Below, piece by piece: positions 10,098 to 19,284 of a stretch of 64,000 bases of DNA. The translations under genes were made by a program, and so were the position numbers. Each line of letters opens with the position of its first letter. Within the stretch, counting starts at the first letter, position 1. The notes under the pieces are model-generated. The model had not been told where the DNA came from. It made no database searches and saw only the letters and a list, made by a program, of their open reading frames with translations. Source of the stretch: Desulfomonilia bacterium (GTDB lineage: Bacteria; Desulfobacterota; Desulfomonilia; UBA1062); contig CAXXDQ010000007.1 of the NCBI GenBank assembly GCA_963664325.2, positions 800,001 to 864,000 on the forward strand. The letters run 5' to 3'.

Positions 10098-10933
10098 AAA
10101 CCTGATACCGTCCTTTCTATTAATTCCTTTCCATTCTCAAAAAAGACTCTCTCATAAAATTCATCTGACAGATCATAGCTCAAGAGTGTTTCAATTTCAG
10201 ATTCCCTGGGCATTATGAGATTGGGAAAATCGGAACCGTACAGTATTCTCTTCCTGTTGCGCTCCAGGGCCGGTTTTCCAAGATCATAGCTGCCTTTACC
10301 TTCAAATTCCTTGAAAAACGCAAAGGCCGTGTCAAGGTACATGTTTGGATTTTCATCAAGGGCCTTCATAAAACCATTATATTCATATGCGCCCATGTGT
10401 GCAACAATTGCAGGCAGTTCAGGATATCGTTTCATAAGCTTTCTGAAATGATCGAGTCCCACATACTCGTTTCCGACCGGCCCGTTTCCCGCATGCAGAA
10501 GCAGGTATTTCCCCTTGTCCATAACCATCTCATACATGGGGAAAAGCCTTTCATCATGGGGATAGAACTTCTGCACCAGCAGTTGAAGCTTTATGCCGAG
10601 AACCCTGGGATGCGAAAGCGCCCTTTCGGCAATCTTAACGGCATTTTTATCCCCGGGATGATAGGCCGCGAAACAGTAAAGCCCTTCGAACTCATCGAGA
10701 ATGCCCAGGTTCCATTCGTTAAGTCCCTCTGCAACACCTTCTCTGTGAGCATAGTTGGAGTATACAATTTCTCCGACACCCCTTTCATGAAGGTACTCGA
10801 TGCACCGGGCATGGTACATCCTGTAAAGAACATCCCACTTGTAATCGCTTATGAACGCCTTCCATATTGCATCGAACATCCGGTCCGGAAAAAGGTGGAC
10901 ATGAAAATCTATAATCTTCCCAGGAATGGCCAT
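10094..10933 (-). CDS. Amidohydrolase family protein (Amidohydro_2)
   Basis: IDFHVH, GIKL, LHAG, AHMG and LYGSDFP metal-binding TIM-barrel motifs. Confidence 0.88.
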   Translation of the reverse strand: MAIPGKIIDFHVHLFPDRMFDAIWKAFISDYKWDVLYRMYHARCIEYLHERGVGEIVYSNYAHREGVAEGLNEWNLGILDEFEGLYCFAAYHPGDKNAVKIAERALSHPRVLGIKLQLLVQKFYPHDERLFPMYEMVMDKGKYLLLHAGNGPVGNEYVGLDHFRKLMKRYPELPAIVAHMGAYEYNGFMKALDENPNMYLDTAFAFFKEFEGKGSYDLGKPALERNRKRILYGSDFPNLIMPRESEIETLLSYDLSDEFYERVFFENGKELIERTVSGL

Positions 10934-10939
10934 ATTCCC

Positions 10940-11674
10940 TTACATATCTCCCGATATCCGGACCAGCACGACGGTAATATTATCTTTCCCGCCCCCCGCC
11001 TTCGCCAGGTCGATCAGGCCCGATGCCATCTCCTCAAGAACGGAATAATTATTCATGCATTTTTCAATGGCCGCATCATCGGCCATGTCGGTCAGACCGT
11101 CGGAACACAGGAGATAAACATCACCCTTGACCGCCTTTGATTTGATTATATCAAGGCTGAAATTCTCCTCGACTCCGACCGCACGCAAGATCACATGCCG
11201 CATCTTGTGCTTCTTCGCCTCCTGGGCAGTAATTGCCCCCTGGTCTATCTGCTCCTGGATCAGTGAATGGTCTCTGGTTACCTGTTTCAGCATGCCGCTC
11301 CTTAACCTGTAGGTCCTGCTGTCGCCGACATGGCCTATTACAATAAGATCGTCCGACAGGCTGAGAAGCTCTGCCGTCGTACCCATTCCCCTGTGATCAG
11401 GGAAAAGCATGATATGTTCGCGTATATTGCCGTTAGCCGTTATGTAAGTCTGCTGGACAGGAAATACGGGGTCACCCTTATCACCCTGCACCCACTCTTC
11501 ATAGATATCAACCGCTGCATCCACGAAGATCCTGCTGGCAATCTCTCCTGCCGCAGCACCTCCCATGCCGTCGGCCACAACGCATAAGTTAAGGTCTTCC
11601 CTTATGAGATATGAATCTTCGTTATTGGCTCTTTTCAGTCCGGGATCGGTTTTTCCGAATGTGATTATCTTCAT
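10940..11674 (-). CDS. PP2C-family Ser/Thr phosphatase (Stp1/PppA-like)
   Basis: RANNEDS, VADGMGG, HVGDSR, LCSDGL and GGKDNIT motifs. Confidence 0.95.
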   Translation of the reverse strand: MKIITFGKTDPGLKRANNEDSYLIREDLNLCVVADGMGGAAAGEIASRIFVDAAVDIYEEWVQGDKGDPVFPVQQTYITANGNIREHIMLFPDHRGMGTTAELLSLSDDLIVIGHVGDSRTYRLRSGMLKQVTRDHSLIQEQIDQGAITAQEAKKHKMRHVILRAVGVEENFSLDIIKSKAVKGDVYLLCSDGLTDMADDAAIEKCMNNYSVLEEMASGLIDLAKAGGGKDNITVVLVRISGDM

Positions 11675-11735
11675 ATATTACACGACTCATACCACTTGAC
11701 AGGCTGCTGATTCAAGTTGTACTTGAGGCAATATT

Positions 11736-12683
11736 ATGAAAATGCCCCCTATAATCACGGTTCAGCTGATCCACCTTCAGGGGCCGATGAAAGGCCAGAT
11801 CCAGGAATTCTCTGAAAACACCATATCCATAGGCCGCCAGGCCGACTGCAGCGTGCAGTTCCCAAAGGATATGACAACGATATCCCGCCTGCATGCCGAA
11901 ATTGAGCGAGACGGCAACCGCTTTAAGCTCACCGACAAAAGCGCGAACGGCACTTTCGTCAATGGCAAGAAAATAACTGAAACCTACCTTAAAGACGGTG
12001 ACGTCATAATGTTTACGGAAGGCGGACCGAAAGTCAGCTTTATTGCCGCAATTTCCGAAGCGCCTGCTGAAACCGCACCGATTATTGCTCCTCTACAACC
12101 AAAGCATGAGCCGGTGATTACATCGCCGATACCCGCGCCTGTACCACCGGTCTTGACACAGGAGCCTAAGGCGCAAAAACAGGCTTTTGTTCCACCGGTT
12201 CCGGAACCGCCCAGACCGGTTCCCGAAACGCCAGTGCGGGCAGCCTTTGACGGTGCTCAGGAAAAAGTTCAGGTTCCGCTGATGATACAGTTCGGCCCGG
12301 CACTGCGCTCATACAAAGAGCTGCCGGTCACAATCGGGAAAAGCCCTTCAAGCGGATTTGTCATGGCGCATCCGGACATTTTGGAAAATCACGCGCAGAT
12401 ACTTTTCAGCCAGGGCGCATACAGAATAAGAGACCTTACAGGGAAAAACCTGATAAAGTTAAACGGCAGAACAATTGAGTTCGAGACGGCATTATCCACT
12501 AATGACGTTATACACCTGAGCCCGAACGGTCCTGCGCTGCGTTTCCTCGGCGAAGGAAGGCTCGCAGAGCACGAAGAAGCCACTGCTGAAGATGAAATAG
12601 CAGGGCCTTCAGTAACTCCCGCGCCCCATAAAGAAGAAAAATCAAAAGGCCTGAAAGGTTTCATGGATTTGTTCAAGAAATAG
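11736..12683 (+). CDS. Dual-FHA-domain protein with Pro-rich linker
   Basis: FHA1 is canonical (IGRQ...ISRLHA...SANGTFVNG); Pro-rich linker; FHA2 is degenerate (IGKS...LENHAQI...KNLIKLNG). Confidence 0.9.
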   Translation: MKMPPIITVQLIHLQGPMKGQIQEFSENTISIGRQADCSVQFPKDMTTISRLHAEIERDGNRFKLTDKSANGTFVNGKKITETYLKDGDVIMFTEGGPKVSFIAAISEAPAETAPIIAPLQPKHEPVITSPIPAPVPPVLTQEPKAQKQAFVPPVPEPPRPVPETPVRAAFDGAQEKVQVPLMIQFGPALRSYKELPVTIGKSPSSGFVMAHPDILENHAQILFSQGAYRIRDLTGKNLIKLNGRTIEFETALSTNDVIHLSPNGPALRFLGEGRLAEHEEATAEDEIAGPSVTPAPHKEEKSKGLKGFMDLFKK

Positions 12684-12839
12684 AATCTTCGCTTGTATTA
12701 AATACAACATAAAGCAGGCTCAGCTGATATACGATAATCAGGATGCCTTTTCATATCAATTAGAACATAAGGTAGTGGGTCAGTTTGAATTTAGGAGATT
12801 TATAATTTCCTCGATTGACCATTTAATAATGAAAAATAA

Positions 12840-13442
12840 TTATTTTTTATTTTTAGCCGGATCATGCTTATCCACATCATTTATCGGTAAACCCTTTTGC
12901 TTCAAAATATAATCACGCAACAGAACACCAAAGACAGACATAATATCTTCTACTAAAAGACCGCGATTATAGGCTTCCTGTTTTACCACTAATAATTCAT
13001 TATCGTTAAGACATGATATCATTTTTTCTTTTGCGACACGCATTGATATCATTTGTATATCATAGGCATTGTTAGGCTTATCGGTCTCCACCTCCCTAAC
13101 AAGGTCATAAATACACCTATTCAAGATATCATTGCCGTTTATCTTTTTTACTATTTCTTTTCCAACTTCAGTCAACATTATTGGACTCATAGACGCCACC
13201 GGTCTTTTTGAACCCAAGGTATGATCATATATCAGATCAATCTTGGTTTCTATTTTAATAACCTTTTCGGCAAGATTTTCATTATGCTTAATTTTTTCAT
13301 CAAGAAATTTGAATGTCGTTTTCCATTTACCTGTCCATTTACCTGTTTTATATAGACCAGAACATACAATAATCACAAAGATTATTAATACGAAAACACT
13401 ACTATTTAGTTGTTTAATAAGTTCTAATAATATCGGCCACAT
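12840..13442 (-). CDS. Hypothetical AT-rich protein with N-terminal TM helix (cassette passenger)
   Basis: 200-aa ORF; hydrophobic VFVLIIFVIIVCSGL followed by a coiled-coil-like segment; lies inside the inverted repeats. Confidence 0.7.
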   Translation of the reverse strand: MWPILLELIKQLNSSVFVLIIFVIIVCSGLYKTGKWTGKWKTTFKFLDEKIKHNENLAEKVIKIETKIDLIYDHTLGSKRPVASMSPIMLTEVGKEIVKKINGNDILNRCIYDLVREVETDKPNNAYDIQMISMRVAKEKMISCLNDNELLVVKQEAYNRGLLVEDIMSVFGVLLRDYILKQKGLPINDVDKHDPAKNKK

Positions 13443-13593
13443 ATAGTCCTGTTCAAATCAAAAGAAGGATGTAAATACAAATTATTTTGTTAAAAATAAA
13501 TATATTAGTAATCTCCTAATCCCATGGTCTGAAAATTTTGTCAACTACCCACCTGTCAGATTTGTTGGAACTAATACACTTCAAAATTACAGA

Positions 13594-13824
13594 TTAAGTT
13601 TTTATCCAACGCGCCTTAGCCGCCTTCTCTGCTATCTCCTTGCGCCTTTCAGGAGATAGCTTATCCTTTCTGGCCTTGCCACCCTTAAGCCCCCCAAGTC
13701 TCCCCAGCGCAACAGCAGCAGGGTTCTTTTCTGTTTTGGTCTCTGTTGGTACTTGTCCTGTAGCTTCTGCTACGATCTGGAAGGCAAGACTATTAATGTC
13801 GATGAGTCTTTTCTTTTTAGTCAT
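13594..13824 (-). CDS. Small basic KGG-motif protein of the type associated with IS1-like elements
   Basis: KNPAAVALGRLGGLKGGKARKDKLSPERRKEIAEKAAKARW; starts about 50 bp inside the right inverted repeat. Confidence 0.75.
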   Translation of the reverse strand: MTKKKRLIDINSLAFQIVAEATGQVPTETKTEKNPAAVALGRLGGLKGGKARKDKLSPERRKEIAEKAAKARWIKT

Positions 13825-14288
13825 GCCATGATATTAGCATGACCGGTTAAGCATTACAAGGTGGGGTTATTTCAAACTGACTCACTACCGAACATAATGA
13901 TATGAGAATATGCCAGTCGGGCTCAATCCCTGTTTAAGTCATGTAGGTTTTGCCTGGACAGCCATTTATTCAAAATCGATTAGTTATCCAAGCTGTCATC
14001 AATTCCATAACCGCTTAACCCGCTTATAAGCATGCTGAGCCCTCGTTCAAGTAGAGTAAGATATCCTGCTACCGCGTGAATACAAACAAGGCCTGCGGTT
14101 GCCATTATGCCGTTCTTTTCCGTTTGATCCTTCATAAATTCACCTGCTGATATTTTTCTTAAAATCTGGGATCGATCATACAATATCAGGCTTACCTGAA
14201 GATTGCCTGGATGTTACCCTTTGGTAATCAGAACAAATCCTTATCTTATAAAACATCCAGGCTTGTTTTATCATTAACTGCCTTTATT

Positions 14289-15854
14289 TCACTTCCCGGA
14301 ACCATTTGCCGGGGTAATGTACGCCAGCCTGGCGAACTTCTTTTTGTTATAGTCCTTCCTGCTTTCGATCAGCATATCTATTTTTGCATTCTGTTTTTTG
14401 ACCTCGTTCAGAATGGCATCCTTTCGGTCGTACCAGGCATAGAGACCTGACTGTTTGATATCCGCAGGCGATTCCACCATCCTGTAATTTTTTCCGCTTA
14501 CAAATGGAAAGACCCCGTCCATGGTCTCTTCCGGAGAGAGCAGGATTATCTCGCGGCCGTTGGCAGCCGCCACTGCCTGCCTGGTAAAGCTCAGGAAATC
14601 CATTATCGGCTTGTCATACTGGTAATACACGGTCATGCACGTGCTCAGGCCTATGCAGATAAGCAGCACCAGCGAGATGGGTTGATACTGCTTCCTGTCA
14701 ACCTTCAATATGAAGACAAGGGCCGCGACGCTGATCAGACCCATGACAGCCCCGAGGACAGGATGGCCGAGAAAAATGCCTGCAAACGGTACGAAGCTTC
14801 CGGCAAAAGCGGCACCCCATGTGATTTTATATAGAATGTTCTCCCACTTTGCCCTGCTTGTATTGGTCAGCCATACGGCTATCATGCAGGCCATTGCCGG
14901 GTACAGGGGCGCAAGGTATATGCCGCGCTTTGTCGAGGCAATCGAAAGCATGACAAAAGGCACTATGAACCAGCTGATGTAGGGGTCGTCCTTGAACTTC
15001 CTTATCGAAGCGATAATGGCCGGGATAAAGAGCAGCGTCCAGGGCAGGATGTCACCCGGCAGCCCCTGCAGATAATACAGAGGCCCGTGCTGATGCCCGA
15101 GGGCTGCGGCCTCGGCTGCACCCGTGAAGCGCATCAGGTTGTTCACGATAAGAACCTCGCGCACAAACGGCCATCCCCCGCGGCTGTACAGGGCCGCTAT
15201 CCACGCGGCGACCGGAAGGGCCGCAAAGAATATTATCAGATGAGGTTTTGTCTTCCAGAGAAGTTTTATGTCACGCTGACGGATTATATCGGCCAGGATG
15301 GATACCGCAATGATAGCCGGTCCTATCAGACCTTTGGCCATAAAGGCCACGCCTGCGGCCAGCCCCAGGAGAATTGCATACCGGGCCTTGTATGACTCGA
15401 TCAGCCGCATGTATGCGAACATCGCAAGCGCCACGCCGAAGACAAGGGCGATATCCACCTGAATCCACCTGGCAAGCATGAAGACCTCCCACGTGCTGGC
15501 GAGGATGCCTGCAGCGATGATTCCTGTTATGGTGCCATGCTTTCTGGATGCTATCAGGAATGTGATCAGGACTGCAAGCGCAGCGAAGAGCAGCGAGGCC
15601 AGGCGGTACGAAATGTCCTGGTCCACGCCGAACATGGCCCCGGAAACAGCCGCCACGGCATAGTATAGCGGAGGCTTTTCAAGAAACGGCTTGCCGTTGA
15701 GGTGCGGTACGACATAGTCTCCGGTACGCACCATCTCGGCGCTGGTTCCCGCGACTCTCGGTTCGTCGGGCCGCCAGAGGCCGTGGTTTATTCCCGGGAT
15801 GATTAGAAGCGAAAATGCGACGATTGCCAGTACTATCCAAACTTTTATGTTCAT
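14289..15854 (-). CDS. ArnT-like glycosyltransferase family 39 (lipid-carrier sugar transferase)
   Basis: LWRPDEPRVA, PHLNGKPFLEKPPLYY, AKGLIG and STKRGIYLAP; multiple TM helices; AGGAGG RBS before ATG 15854. Confidence 0.88.
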   Translation of the reverse strand: MNIKVWIVLAIVAFSLLIIPGINHGLWRPDEPRVAGTSAEMVRTGDYVVPHLNGKPFLEKPPLYYAVAAVSGAMFGVDQDISYRLASLLFAALAVLITFLIASRKHGTITGIIAAGILASTWEVFMLARWIQVDIALVFGVALAMFAYMRLIESYKARYAILLGLAAGVAFMAKGLIGPAIIAVSILADIIRQRDIKLLWKTKPHLIIFFAALPVAAWIAALYSRGGWPFVREVLIVNNLMRFTGAAEAAALGHQHGPLYYLQGLPGDILPWTLLFIPAIIASIRKFKDDPYISWFIVPFVMLSIASTKRGIYLAPLYPAMACMIAVWLTNTSRAKWENILYKITWGAAFAGSFVPFAGIFLGHPVLGAVMGLISVAALVFILKVDRKQYQPISLVLLICIGLSTCMTVYYQYDKPIMDFLSFTRQAVAAANGREIILLSPEETMDGVFPFVSGKNYRMVESPADIKQSGLYAWYDRKDAILNEVKKQNAKIDMLIESRKDYNKKKFARLAYITPANGSGK

Positions 15855-16332
15855 AAAATCATACCCTCCTGGGGTTACTTTGAAATGATATGTTAAACGG
15901 TAAGAGTCCAACCGTTTAAAAATATCAGCGCTGAAATCAATCTTTCATATTTCCTGTTGCTCACAATTCAGACTTCCTTTTTATGCAATTTCGCAATCAC
16001 GATTGCATCTCCACTATCATATGAAGATTGCCTGAAGATTGTCTGCTGATTACCCTTAGGTAATGTTTTATGCGGGACGGCAAATCAGAGTGCACCGGAA
16101 TTATGCATTCGACGGGTTCGGCCTCAGATTCCGGCCCGTTGGACTGAATACCTTAATGAATACAGTCCCGCGCGAGTTCAATTTTGATATGCAATGGCTC
16201 CCAATATGGATTACACGTGATGACTTTTATTCTTCGGGCCGGCTTGATCCCGGTGATTTCTCAAAGTAACAAGGGTACGGGTTAACCGTAGCATGCGGCA
16301 CATAATCATCAGTTTTTCGCTTTCCCCTGTTT

Positions 16333-17166
16333 TTAAGGTTCCACATCGCACGCACTGATATGGCTGCGCTCTGCAACGAAGAGAGTGGCGAACTGATGCA
16401 GCATGATGCCGTTGCCTTCTCTGTTCCTGTTGAAGGATTCCGCCAGATCTGTCCGGAGTGATGCCTGGAGATCTTCTGGAACAAGGCTCAGAAAGTTGCC
16501 GAAAGAGCTCGACTCGGCAAAATCTACGACGTCTTCACCGCTCTTAAGGGTTTGCGTGCGTCTCACGAGATGGAGCTCGATGAGTTCAAACCGCTGTTCA
16601 ACCAGCAACGCAACCAGCTCGGTGGTTGTAAGATGCCGATGCATCAATCCGAGCATGGACGGGTCGAGCGATTCAAGGTACGGGGACCGGCTGAACACGG
16701 ACGCACAAACTGTCGGCACGGTGCCAGCCCAATACAGCTCTTTGGGAACAGTGGTACACCCCAGCCGTCCGCCCGGACGCAGCACGCGTCGAATCTCCGC
16801 AAGCGCCCTGGGCTTGTCGTTTATCCAATGAAACACAGCGCTGAGGCACACCGCGTCAAAGCTCCCGTCCGGAAAAGAGCCGAGGTCTTCCGCGCTACCG
16901 ACCTCAAAGTGTATATCGCTGCAGCGGTTGCGCGCTATGGCAATGCGTTCAACCAGAGGATCGATGCCGGCCACGGTACCGCTTGGCCCGACGCACTCGC
17001 GTATCCAGCAGGCGAGCCGGCCCGTACCGCATCCGACATCAAGCACGCGATGGCCAGCCTTGATACCAAGCCTTTCAACTATACGCTTTCCGCCCTCAAA
17101 CTGTGAGTCGCTGATCCTGTCATAGATTTCGGCCAGGTGACGGCTGTCTCGGTCGTAAGACGTCAT
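16333..17166 (-). CDS. Class I SAM-dependent methyltransferase
   Basis: VLDVGCGTG, FDAVCLSAVFHW and RVLRPGGRL; AAGGAG RBS before ATG 17166. Confidence 0.88.
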   Translation of the reverse strand: MTSYDRDSRHLAEIYDRISDSQFEGGKRIVERLGIKAGHRVLDVGCGTGRLACWIRECVGPSGTVAGIDPLVERIAIARNRCSDIHFEVGSAEDLGSFPDGSFDAVCLSAVFHWINDKPRALAEIRRVLRPGGRLGCTTVPKELYWAGTVPTVCASVFSRSPYLESLDPSMLGLMHRHLTTTELVALLVEQRFELIELHLVRRTQTLKSGEDVVDFAESSSFGNFLSLVPEDLQASLRTDLAESFNRNREGNGIMLHQFATLFVAERSHISACDVEP

Positions 17167-17445
17167 AATACGCACTCCTTATGGCACCTGTGTTTTGGTT
17201 GTCCTCTCAGGATACCTCTGTATATATAGCTTATTCCTCATTTAAAGTCACGAAGCGGGACATCGGACTTTGTGAACGGCAAGGGACATGGATCTTATAT
17301 GCCTTTTATCACCCCTGTCATCGACTCATGTCCCGGCGTTTTCACAAAGGTTTCAAGAAGACCAGAAACTTACGGTCCGTGAGATATGATGCACTCTGAT
17401 ATAGAACACCCTGCATCATGTAATTGAAAACTTGAGATTTACAGT

Positions 17446-18291
17446 TCAATTAAGCCTGCGCGCTGTGATAATGGAAGCTGCCGTTACTGCCAGGACAACG
17501 ATCCCGCCTCCTATGATCGTACGGATACCAGGGGCTTCCCCTATCGTGAAGTATACCCATATAGGGTTAAATATAGGTTCTATGACTGCTATGAGGTTCG
17601 CCTGAACCGCTGAAACCCGTTTAATGGCAATGGAAAACAAAACCGCCGAAAGGCCTATCTGAAAAACCCCGAGCACCATGATGGCAACGACCGATTCAAG
17701 CGTTATATGCGGGGCTGGAAGGAAAAGCGATATGATGATACAGATCCCGGCCGTAAGCCAATGGGACATAAGAATCGATTCAAGCGGGGAACCGTCTTTT
17801 TGCATGCGCAAAAACACAAAACTAAAACTGAACGTTACTGCCGACATGATTGCCAGGACATTGCCAAGCAATTTTCCGCCGCCTAGTTCGTCGAAAAACA
17901 TGCAAATCATACCCGCCGCCACAAGAGGAAGCGCCACGAAATGTTCCATATACGTTCGTTCCCTGAGTAAAATGGCGCTGATAAAGACGGTCAACACCGG
18001 CGCACAATACTGAAGCAGTATCGCGTTGGCCGCAGTGGTGGTTTTATTGGCAGAGACAAACAGAATCATGGTTGCGGCATTGGCGATGGACGCAGCAATC
18101 TGGGGAAATGATAGATTAAACCTGGGATGCCTTAAATACAGGAAAATAACGATCGATGCTATGAGGCTGCGAATGCCTGCTATGGCAAAGGGATTCCAGT
18201 CTATAACTTTTATGAACAACCCCGCAACACTCCAGAGAAACGCCGTAGCCGCCATTGCAAGGATGCCGACACCTTTATTCGAATTTTTCAT
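17446..18291 (-). CDS. EamA/DMT family transporter
   Basis: About 10 TM helices in two EamA repeats; LQYCAPV and IEPIFNPIW motifs. Confidence 0.88.
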   Translation of the reverse strand: MKNSNKGVGILAMAATAFLWSVAGLFIKVIDWNPFAIAGIRSLIASIVIFLYLRHPRFNLSFPQIAASIANAATMILFVSANKTTTAANAILLQYCAPVLTVFISAILLRERTYMEHFVALPLVAAGMICMFFDELGGGKLLGNVLAIMSAVTFSFSFVFLRMQKDGSPLESILMSHWLTAGICIIISLFLPAPHITLESVVAIMVLGVFQIGLSAVLFSIAIKRVSAVQANLIAVIEPIFNPIWVYFTIGEAPGIRTIIGGGIVVLAVTAASIITARRLN

Positions 18292-18540
18292 ATAATATCC
18301 GACACTACACTCCATTGCTGCAGAATGTCCAGATATTGAGAGCAGGCAATATGCCGATCAAAGACTTGAACTTGATGGTCTGAAAATTATGATTTAAGCC
18401 GTTTATTATTCAGTCTGGCGGGGCCCATTAAAAGGCTTATCATCAGAGATTTGAGCCGGAATAGACAAGCCTTCTATTATCCATGGGCAGTTTTGCTGCT
18501 GATACTAAAGATTACATCAAGAACAGCCGGTTGCGTCTAT

Positions 18541-18870
18541 TTACAAATACTTCACTCCGATACTGTTGCCTGAGACGTGCATGACCTCGGCCCTGATGAT
18601 TTTACCATCGTCCGGCCTGCCCATCTCAATCAATGCCCCTTTGAATTTGCTGAAGCTGAACCCTTTCAGATTCTCGGTAAGTCCCAGCATGTCGACCAGC
18701 CTCATCATCATCCCATATTCATTTACGTTGATCGTCTGGGCTATCCCCTTTATACACTTGCTGTCGGCACAATAGCTCCGGTTCAAATCCCGTGAAATCA
18801 CATTGAAAAGGACAATTCCTTTGCCATCATTCCTCAAATGGTTTCTTCTTTCGGTTTCGCGCGTATTCAA
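18541..18870 (-). CDS. Small PilZ-like domain protein
   Basis: ERRNHLR (RxxxR), NVNEYG (D/NxSxxG-like) and C-terminal AEVMH...IGVKY; TTG start with GGAGG RBS. Confidence 0.5.
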   Translation of the reverse strand: MNTRETERRNHLRNDGKGIVLFNVISRDLNRSYCADSKCIKGIAQTINVNEYGMMMRLVDMLGLTENLKGFSFSKFKGALIEMGRPDDGKIIRAEVMHVSGNSIGVKYL

Positions 18871-19284
18871 GGCAACCTCCTTTCCATGTCACGCAGATTT
18901 ATGCAAAGCTGCTTTTAAGATTGATTTGAATACTGTAATATTAACCCTGAACACATGAAGGTCAAGGCTGTTTTCTCATTTTTTATTAAATATTCTCCCA
19001 TATGCCATTCATCCAGGCTGTCTGTTACCATTCATGACTGTTTCATGCAACCCTTGATCTCCGGCCTGCTTTCAGGCTCGAAACTATGGCAATGCCATCT
19101 TTTCATTTGATGCCCGGATAGAATGAAACAGGCCTGATTGACCTCTGTATTTTTTTCCGCACAGTCCATTGTTTACATATCCTGTCAATGGCTGTCCTGC
19201 AGAATAATCGCGGGATTTGCAGCCATCGGCCTCAACTGTTAGGGATCAGGATGAGCAGGATAACAGATAGAACTAATTTTGTAT

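Larger units (their letters stand above)
12771..13889. mobile_element. Non-autonomous IS-derived cassette (IS1/IS1595-like ends) with passenger genes and no transposase
   Basis: Left end GGTAGTGGGTCAGTTTGAA (12771-12789) and right end TTCAAACTGACTCACTACC (13871-13889) are inverted repeats matching at 18/19; flanked by an identical 8-bp direct repeat GAACATAA (12763-12770 and 13890-13897); interior is AT-rich. Confidence 0.85.

Noticed and set aside
13540-13560. GTCAACTACCC motif resembling the 5' end of IS200/IS605-associated (IscB/HEARO) RNAs
   Set aside because: The characteristic hairpin does not follow and no iscB, tnpB or tnpA gene is nearby; probably a chance match.
13980-14183. 67-aa minus-strand ORF next to the mobile cassette
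   Set aside because: No motif or clear RBS, and it lies outside the inverted repeats; it cannot be supported as a gene.
17273-17345. Inverted repeat GGGACATG...CATGTCCC upstream of the methyltransferase as a possible SAM riboswitch
   Set aside because: No SAM-I/II consensus core is recognisable; only a generic hairpin.
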